Shown here piece after piece: positions 1 to 8,837 of a stretch of 40,731 bases of DNA. The DNA comes from Thecamonas trahens ATCC 50062 (Eukaryota; Protista; Apusomonadida), in the NCBI RefSeq assembly GCF_000142905.1, contig NW_013657613.1, forward strand, positions 8,871-49,601, read 5' to 3'. Position numbers and translations under genes: made by a program. The notes below the pieces were generated by a model. That model was not told the DNA's origin, did not search any database, and was given only the letters and a program-made list of their open reading frames with translations. How positions within the stretch are numbered: position 1 is the first letter of the stretch; each line of letters begins with the position of its first letter.

Positions 1-461
1 CCAGCTCTTCTTTGCTGGGCGTCGTGCTACCTCTACCTGACAACGACGTACCTTGCCAACCCCACCCACGTCCCTCGCTCGTTGTCCTCGTCGCCGCCAC
101 CCGCACACGCACCCTGGCTCACGCCCCGCGGCCGCAATCTGGCCTCTGCCATCGAGGCGTTGCGCATGCCGACCCCACCCTCGCTCGCAGCCGAGTGCTG
201 CTGACACCAACGCCATCGTCATCCTCGCCGACGTTACCGCTGGCATGACGACTGCCACGCCGTTCATGGGCTGGGCAAACAACAAGCCGACCACGCTCCG
301 TCCACCACAGCTGCACAGCAGCCTGGACATCACCGCCCTGGCAGTCGATGCAACGTCGTCGTTCTTCCTCGATAACGCGCTGCAGTTCCAGCTCGCCATC
401 AAGCTAACAGCGGAAGCAACAAAGCCCTGCCCTGCTCCGCCCAGACGAATGGGACATCCGG

Positions 462-1487
462 TTGCTCGACGACAGCGAGCACATGCCATCACCCCTCCAC
501 AGACTCGTCGTCGCCAAATCGCGCACACGCTCACCACATCCATGCCTCAGTCGGACACCAGCCATTCTCTCTCCCATCGCCACACCCGAGCCACACATGC
601 CGCGCCAGCTCCCAGCAAACGAGCACACGGCCCACAACCACACACGTATGCTGGACATCCTCTCCAGCCCGATCTACCACCTCACCTTCGTCTTGGCCTC
701 CAATCGCCTCCTCAGCCACCCATCCGACGCCCCCAAGGCCGACGCTAAAAGCCAACCACGAACGATCCCGTTCCCATGGGCCTCACCTCCCCCCAAATCA
801 AACAACCGCAGATCCCTCGTCGGTGAGCTGGCTGCCATGAACCCCCACTGTGCACTCAACAAAGCTGATGCCCGCCTTCCATCCGCATCTCAACTTGCAT
901 ACGACTGGCCGATCGCTTCCTCACCCTGACCACTGGTCGGCCACGGCCGCGGTTCTCGATGCATCCACCGACTTGAGCAAGGTGCACGACCCGCCGATGG
1001 CGATCAACGCCTTGCTAGTGATGTTCTTGTCGTTTGGGCAGCCACCAACCTTGATCGCCACAAGGTCGCGGCGCTTGTACACCACCGCAGCCACAACGAC
1101 GTCGGCCGTCTGATCGCTACCGCGCTAAACGCCGTAGACGCTGTTGGAGAAGGTAACGGCCGGGCTCTCCGGAAGCGTCTCGAGCGCTTCCTCGATCGAG
1201 TCAACAAAGCCGACGTGACCTTGAGATTCAAAGTCCATGATGGTTGTCAGCGCAGTTGTGCGGAAGCCGTGGACGTCGGCGAGCTGTGGTTCTCGCCACA
1301 TCGCAGAGACGGAACCGAACAAGGTGAGACTCAGCAATGCAACACCTCTATCCCACTCACAGATCAGAGCCCACTCACAGCCGCAACCCGCCGGAAGCAG
1401 CCACGTCTTGCCTCAATCACCCGATCACCATCTCCTGGTCGGAACCCATTCTGCGACCGCTCTGCGCCCTCGCCCTCCACCACATGA
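462..1487 (+). other. Possible unidentified or degenerate coding segment upstream of the NLR
   Basis: One frame is open over 462-929 and again over 930-1487 (…LASDVLVVWAATNLDRHKVAALVHHRSHNDVGRLIATALNAVDAVGEGNGRALRKRLERFLDRVNKADVTLRF…), with protein-like composition. No domain recognised. Confidence 0.2.
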
Positions 1488-4400
1488 CTACCANNNNNNN
1501 NNNNNNNNNNNNNNNNNNNNNNNNNNNNNNNNNNNNNNNNNNNNNNNNNNNNNNNNNNNNNNNNNNNNNNNNNNNNNNNNNNNNNNNNNNNNNNNNNNNN
1601 NNNNNNNNNNNNNNNNNNNNNNNNNNNNNNNNNNNNNNNNNNNNNNNNNNNNNNNNNNNNNNNNNNNNNNNNNNNNNNNNNNNNNNNNNNNNNNNNNNNN
1701 NNNNNNNNNNNNNNNNNNNNNNNNNNNNNNNNNNNNNNNNNNNNNNNNNNNNNNNNNNNNNNNNNNNNNNNNNNNNNNNNNNNNNNNNNNNNNNNNNNNN
1801 NNNNNNNNNNNNNNNNNNNNNNNNNNNNNNNNNNNNNNNNNNNNNNNNNNNNNNNNNNNNNNNNNNNNNNNNNNNNNNNNNNNNNNNNNNNNNNNNNNNN
1901 NNNNNNNNNNNNNNNNNNNNNNNNNNNNNNNNNNNNNNNNNNNNNNNNNNNNNNNNNNNNNNNNNNNNNNNNNNNNNNNNNNNNNNNNNNNNNNNNNNNN
2001 NNNNNNNNNNNNNNNNNNNNNNNNNNNNNNNNNNNNNNNNNNNNNNNNNNNNNNNNNNNNNNNNNNNNNNNNNNNNNNNNNNNNNNNNNNNNNNNNNNNN
2101 NNNNNNNNNNNNNNNNNNNNNNNNNNNNNNNNNNNNNNNNNNNNNNNNNNNNNNNNNNNNNNNNNNNNNNNNNNNNNNNNNNNNNNNNNNNNNNNNNNNN
2201 NNNNNNNNNNNNNNCCTCGCCCGCTATCCAATGCTCCGTGTCTTCGTCGACGTCGAGTCGCTTGACGGCATCCGCTGCGCCCATCCAGACGACTGTGCCG
2301 CCATCGTCGCTCGTTCCCGGCTTGTTCTTGTCCTCGTCACCAAGTACTTTGTCGTCACGCGCTACGCCATCGCCGAAGCCGACGCAGCGCTTGAGGGCGC
2401 TGCCAACGGCCGCAATGCCGTCTTCCCGGTCTTCATCGACAGCGACCTCTCGCTTGCTGAGCTTGGCCGACTGCACAGTGCCGCAGTCCGGCCCGCCGAC
2501 GACGAGTCCCGTGCCCGCTTCGATGTCGATCTCGCTGCAGCCAATGTCCGTGCCCAGGGCACTGACAGTTATCGCGCGCTGGTTGAAACTGCCTTCCTCG
2601 CTCGCCACAATCTTGACACCCACACCCATCCGCATCCGCTTGTCACCTTGATGGACACCTTCTTCACTTCGGGTGACAAGAAGCACCAGTACGACACTTG
2701 GCGCCATCATCTTCTCACGCACGATCGCAAGGCCCATCACGTCCGCACGGTCTACCGCCTCATGGACTGGGGTCTCGCCACTTACGACGCCCGCCGCATC
2801 TCCCAGGGTGCCGCCCTAGTTGACATTGCTCAGCGCTCCCTCGCCATCCTTGCCCGCACGATGCAGCTACCTTCCCGCATGCCGCCGCCACTCAATCCAC
2901 CCGAGTACCACCCGCTCCCTGACACTCGCGCTGCGGTCATTGACGCGCTTCTCGGTGCGAACAACGTCTCAGTCGTTGGTGTCAACGGGCTCGGTGGCGT
3001 CGGCAAGTCGTCACTCGCTGCCGATGTCGCCATCCATCCCGCCATCATCTCCGCCTTCTCCGTCTTCTGGCTCTCACTTGGTGAGGACAATACGTCCAAC
3101 CCAGCTCTTGCCAGCCGCATGTCTTACTTTCTCAAGCAGGGTCTGAGCTGCACAGTCGATACTAAGGCCAACCTCGATGACCTCCAACCCATTCTTGCTG
3201 CCAAAACCCGGGCCCTCGCCAATGCCAGGACTCGCATCCTGCTCATCCTCGATGATGTTTGGACCACCCGCCAGGCCTCCGTCTTCACCAACCACATCGC
3301 AGCCCCGCATGCCGTCCTCGTCACCTCGCGTAACGCCGCTGTTGCTACCAACACCGCCTCCTCCATCAAGCTTGGCACCTTTGGCCCGGACGACGCTGCT
3401 GTTGTCCTTCGCAACTACCTCGCCAAGGGCTCACCTGAGTGGGCAACTGCCCTCGCTCTCAACGATCCCCGCATCGTCTCCCTCGCGACCTTTTGCCATG
3501 GCCATGCCCTCGCCCTCGCCGTCCTTGGCTCGTCCATTTCTGGCGAGGCTGCACTTGACACCGCTGTTGCCAACTTTGATTCGGCCTCCAAACGTGCTTT
3601 CCACAAGCACCGCAAGTCAGAAGGCGGCACCGACGCCAAGTACGCCCACATCTTTGATATCATCACATGGACCCTCCGCAGCATCGACGACCTCGACCGT
3701 CCGATGGCACTCGCCATTTACGCCATGCTCGGCGTCTTTCCATCAGACGCGCCCATCGACGTCGCCAACTTCCGCGCCACAGTCCCAAAAGACGATATTG
3801 ACTTTGCTGCGGCCCTCGATGCCCTTGCCGATGCCTCTCTCCTGCGCGTCGTTGCCACGGATGGCGGCGCCATAACCGTAGTCGAGCTGCACGATCTGCA
3901 CCTCGAGTACATTCGCCATCGGCTTGAGGTGTGCTTTGACGACATCCCTTCCCTTCCTGCCCGTCACCTCGCCGTTGTCGCCGGGGTGCCTCCGCCTGGT
4001 GCCACGCCAGAGTCCGCTAAGGAGACCATGACCTCTGGCACTGCCTCCGATTGGATCGTCACCCGCGGTATTTCGCACCTGATTGCAGCCGGAGCGAACC
4101 ATGCTGCCGTTGCCGTTGCTCTCTCCTGGCCGTGGATGAAAGCCCGCGCAGACGACTCGCTTGGTGGCCTCCTCAATGATCTGCGTTGTGTTGTGCGCCT
4201 CGGCTGTGAAGGAGCCAAAGACGTTGACGAGGTCGAGCGTGCGCTGTCGCTCTCACGCGAGATCATTGAGAGCGGTACGTCGCACATCGAGACCGAGCTT
4301 GTCGCCCGACTTGCCTATGACAACGCGTCCAAAGCCGTGAAGGACCTGGTTGCTGCTGTGCGCGAAGATGCTTCGTCTAAGGCTCTCATTCCATCGAGAG

Positions 4401-7400
4401 CCGTGGACCCTGTCGCGCATCGTGGTGCTGAGCGCTTTCGCTTTGATGGCAAGTATGCCAATGTCATCAACATCGGTGGCTCACTGGTTGCTGGTGGATG
4501 TAAGGATAATGTGGACGTACTTGACGTGCAAACTGGTGAACGCGTGGAGGTGCTGGAGGGCCACACTAGCATGGTACAGGGTGTGATTGCGCTGCCGAGT
4601 GCGGATGGCCAGCTGCCTGTCCTGGTCTCGTGGTCGTGGGACGACACGATCCGGGTGTGGCATGCTGCGGACGACGGGACGGGCGCCATGCGGTACACCG
4701 CGGACAGTGCCTCCTGTGAGGTGCTGGAGGGCCACACCAGCGATGTGNNNNNNNNNNNNNNNNNNNNNNNNNNNNNNNNNNNNNNNNNNNNNNNNNNNNN
4801 NNNNNNNNNNNNNNNNNNNNNNNNNNNNNNNNNNNNNNNNNNNNNNNNNNNNNNNNCCATGCGGTACACCGCGGACAGTGCCTCCTGTGAGGTGCTGGAG
4901 GGCCACACCAGCGATGTGCGGGGTGTGATTGCGCTGCCGAGTGCGGACAGCCAGCTGCCTGTCCTGGTCTCGTGGTCAGGCGACAAGACGGGACGGGTGT
5001 GGCATCCTGCGGACGACGGGACGGGCGCCATGCGGTACACCGCGGACAGTGCCTCCTGTGAGGTGCTGGAGGGCCACATCTACGATGTGCAGGGTGTGAT
5101 TGCGCTGCCGAGTGCGGCTGGCCAGCTGCCTGTCCTGGTCTCGTGGTCAGACGACAAGACGATCAGGGTGTGGCATGCTGCAGACGACGGGACGGGCGCC
5201 ATGCGGTNNNNNNNNNNNNNNNNNNNNNNNNNNNNNNNNNNNNNNNNNNNNNNNNNNNNNNNNNNNNNNNNNNNNNNNNNNNNNNNNNNNNNNNNNNNNN
5301 NNNNNNNGTGCCTCCTGTGAGGTGCTGGAGGGCCACACCGACGATGTGAAGGGTGTGATTGCGCTGCCGAGTGCGGATGGCCAGCTGCCTGTCCTGGTCT
5401 CGTGGGCGTGGGACAAGACGATCCGGGTGTGGCATGCTGCGGACGACGGGACGGGCGCCATGCGGTACACCGCGGACAGCGCCTCCTGTGAGGTGCTGGA
5501 GGGCCACACCGACGATGTGGAGGGTGTGATTGCGCTGCCGAGTGCGGATGGCCAGCTGCCTGTCCTGGTCTCGTGGTCGTGGACAACACGATACCGGGTG
5601 GTGGCATGCTGCAGACGNNNNNNNNNNNNNNNNNNNNNNNNNNNNNNNNNNNNNNNNNNNNNNNNNNNNNNNNNNNNNNNNNNNNNNNNNNNNNNNNNNN
5701 NNNNNNNNNNNNNNNNNNNNNNNNNNNNTGCCTCGTCCTGGTCTCGTGGTCGGGGGACAAGACGATCCGGGTGTGGCATGCTGCGGACGACGGGACGGGC
5801 GCCATGCGGTACACCGCGGACAGGGCCTTCTGTGAGGTGCTGGAGGGCCACACCAGCCTTGTGCGGGGTGTGATTGCGCTGCCGAGTGCGGATGGCCAGC
5901 TGCCTGTCCTGGTCTCGTGGTCGAGAGACAGGACGATCCGGGTGTGGCATGCTGCGGACGACGGGATGGGCGCCATGCGGTACACCGCGGACAGTGCCTC
6001 CTGTGAGGTGCTGGAGGGCCACACCGACGATGTGCATGGTGTGATTGCGCTGCCGAGTGCGGATGGCCAGCTGCCTGTCCTGGTCTCGTGGTCAGACGAC
6101 AAGACGATCAGGGTGTGGCATGCTGCAGACGACGGGACGGGCGCCATGCGGTACACCGTGGACAGTGCCTCCTGTGAGGTGCTCGAGGGCCACACCTACA
6201 GTGTGCAAGGTGTGATTGCGCTGCCGAGTGCGGATGGCCAGCTGCCTGTCCTGGTCTCGTGGTCGCTCGACGGGACGATCCGGGTGTGGCATGCTGCGGA
6301 CGACGGGACGGGCGCCATGCGGTACACCGCGGACAGTGCCTCCTGTGAGGTGCTGGAGGGCCACACCAAGTATGTGCGGGGTGTGATTGCGCTGCCGAGT
6401 GCGGATGGCCAGCTGCCTGTCCTGGTCTCGTGGTCGGAGGACAACACGATCCGGGTGTGGCATGCTGCGGACGACGGGACGGGCGCCATGCGCTACACCG
6501 CGGACAATGCCTCCTGTGAGGTGCTGGAGGGCCACACCAGCAGGATGCTGGGTGTGATTGCGCTGCCGAGTGCGGATGGCCAGCTGCCCGTCCTGGTCTC
6601 GTGGTCGTGGGACTACACGATCCGGGTGTGGCATGCTGCGGACGACGGGACGCGCGCCATGCGGTACACTGCAGACAATGCCTCCTGTGAGGTGCTGGAG
6701 GGCCACACCAAGTATGTGAAGGGTGTGATTGCGCTGACAAGTGCGGATGGCCAGCTGCCTGTCCTGGTCTCGTGGTCGGAGGACAACACGATCCGGGTGT
6801 GGCATCCTGCGGACGACGGGACGGGCGCCATGCGGTACACCGCGGACAATGCCTCCTGTGAGGTGCTGGAGGGCCACACCTACAGTGTGCGGGGTGTGAT
6901 TGCGCTGCCGAGTGCGGATGGCCAGCTGTCTGTCCTTGTCTCGTGGTCAAGAGACAACAACACGATTCGGGTGTGGCATGCTGCCGACAACGGGACGGGC
7001 GCCATGCGGTTCACCGCGGACAGTGCCTCCTGTGAGGTGCTGGAGGGCCACACCAGCAGGGTGCGGGGTGTGATTGCGCTGCCGAGTGCGGATGGCCAGC
7101 TGTCTGTCCTTGTCTCGTGGTCAAGAGACAACAACACGATTCGGGTGTGGCATGCTGCCGACAACGGGACGGGCGCCATGCGGTTCACCGCGGACAGTGC
7201 CTCCTGTGAGGTGCTGGAGGGCCACACCGAGTATGTGGAGGGTGTGATTGCGCTGCCGAGTGCGGATGGCCAGCTACCCGTCCTGGTCTCCCGCTCATAC
7301 TCCGACGAGACGTTCGAGTGGTACCCCTCCCCCACCGGCTACACCCTCCACCCCCGCCACCCTTCCTCCTTCGGGCTCCACGCCCGCCGCTCCACCTCCA

Positions 7401-7537
7401 CCCACCCACGCAACAACTCCACTCGCATCACCATTGCCAACCACACCGGCCTCTCCATCCCCCACCCCTCCGACCCCAACCGCCTCCTCGCTGTCGTCTC
7501 CAACTGCCCCCCCATCATCCTCCGCCGCCACCCATAA
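1484..7537 (+). CDS. NLR-like STAND protein: TIR domain + NB-ARC (Apaf-1-like) + WD40 repeat array; 5' part hidden in gap 1494-2214
   Basis: TIR-like segment LRVFVDVESL...SRLVLVLVTKYFVVTRYAIAE...VFPVFID (~2230-2440). Walker A GLGGVGKS (~2987-3010), Walker B LLILDDVW (~3240-3262), VLVTSRN, GLPL-equivalent CHGHALAL, MHD-equivalent LHDLH (~3887-3901). Apaf-1-like helical segment ISHLIAAG...LSWPWMKAR, then GH...W repeats from 4547 to ~7290 and stop TAA at 7535-7537. The ATG at 1484 is only a candidate start. Frame changes inside the array coincide with N gaps or gap-adjacent sequence. Confidence 0.88.
4547..7290 (+). repeat. Coding tandem array of 171-nt (57-aa) WD40 units, at least 16 copies
   Basis: Unit EVLEGHTxxVxGVIALPSADGQLPVLVSWSxDxTIRVWHAADDGTGAMRYTADSASC. 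Starts at 4547, 4718, 4889, 5060, 5319, 5490, ~5663 (start in gap), 5834, 6005, 6176, 6347, 6518, 6689, 6860, 7034 and 7208 (last one truncated). The units at 6860 and 7034 carry a 3-nt insertion. Three N gaps make the true copy number uncertain. Confidence 0.97.
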
Positions 7538-8580
7538 CACCCACCGCCTTTTCTCCCCCGAGCACCGCGCCCGCATCCTCGCCGCCGCCAGCACATCCGC
7601 AGCCTCCTGCGCCATGGGCCTCACCAGCGGATCGACCGACCAACACCGCTGGATGAGTCCGCGCAGCTGCTCCGGCGCACCCGCCATCGCACTAGCAGCG
7701 TTGCTGGTGAGGACCTGACGGCCGACCCCCATGGCATTGCTGCCATCAAACGCCGGCGCCCACATGAGCATCTCGTAGAGGAGCGTTCCAAAGGTGAACA
7801 TGTCGCCCTCGGGGCCCTCGTCGGCTCCGCGCAGCTGCTCCGGTGCCATGTACCCCACCGATGGCACCACCGCCATCGTCCCCAGGTTGCTCTTGATGAC
7901 CATTCGTCCGCTTTTGTGGTCCACCACCACGTCGTGCCCGCCGCCCGTGGTCGAGTGGACCTCGGCGAGCGCACGCGCCAGCGCCAGCCCGATGCTCAGC
8001 GCCCACACGCGGTCGAGGCCCGAGCCCGAGCTCAGCTAACAGCGGTGTCCGAGCCCGGTCAGCCCGCTTCTGCTCCCGCTGCAACGACCGATCGTGCGGC
8101 CGCCCACGAGAAAGGCCTCGGCAAGGATCTCCTCCAGCGACCCACAGTCGATGCGCGCGTAGATTACATGTGGCAGCAAGACGTTGACCATCACCCGCGT
8201 GTACCCGCTGAGCGCCATCGGCCCGCCAGCCTTCATCACTGCCTCCATCTCGCGCCGCGTGGCGACGAGGCCGCCCCCGCGACGATCGCGCAGTAGCAAG
8301 CTCACTGAGGGTAGCCGCCAGACTCGTCTGCTCGCCGTTGTACGGGCCGTAGGCAACAGCCATGTGACGACGACATAGACGACGCGGCGGGTGTAGAGGT
8401 CGCGGACTCGTCGTCAATCTCATCCGGCCGCTCGCCATCGATGACGGTCTCGTCGATGCCGCCGCTGACAACAACGCTGCCGGCGTTCACAGCAAGGCCG
8501 TTGTTGGAGCATCCGGTCCACTGATCGGCCGGCAGAACCGCAGTCGCGAGGGCTGATGCAGCTAAGCAGCTCATCGACAT
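7295..8580 (-). CDS. Degenerate protein-kinase-fold gene (TKL-like pseudokinase or pseudogene)
   Basis: C-lobe motifs GYMAPEQL, DMFTFGTLLYEML and LIQRCWSVDPLVRP; hinge IDCGSLEEIL; alphaC-like RREMEAVM. No HRD or DFG is visible. The in-frame TAG at 8036-8038 can be removed as a 72-nt phase-0 intron (GTGGGC at 8107, CTGAC branch-like motif, TTAG at 8036). The 5' end needs a frameshift, and both ends are uncertain. Confidence 0.6.
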
Positions 8581-8837
8581 CGGCAGTGCACCCACACATC
8601 CCTTGGCCGGTGCGAGTTGGTGCTTGGACTCATTGACTCAAAGGGCAAAAAATAGTGTAAAAATAGAACCGTAGCTGTCAAACACCCTCCTCGTCTCGCA
8701 CGCATGTTGCCCGGCACGTGATGCCCGTTTCACTCCAACCATCCCTCCTCCTCAACAGCCACCCACATCACTCCAGGCGCACCACCACCATCACTACCAC
8801 CACCACTCACCATCGCCGCCATACACCCATACCCACC

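Noticed and set aside
5575-5617. Frameshifts inside the WD40 unit starting at 5490
   Set aside because: The indels sit within ~40 nt of an N gap, so they are likely low-quality contig-end sequence.
4547-7290. Diversity-generating retroelement as the source of WD40 variability
   Set aside because: Some variable codons fit an AAC/AAT template (AGC, TAC, GAC; GAT, AGT, TAT), but third positions also vary (AAG, ATG, AGG, CAA). No reverse transcriptase or template repeat is in the window, and recombination plus selection suffices.
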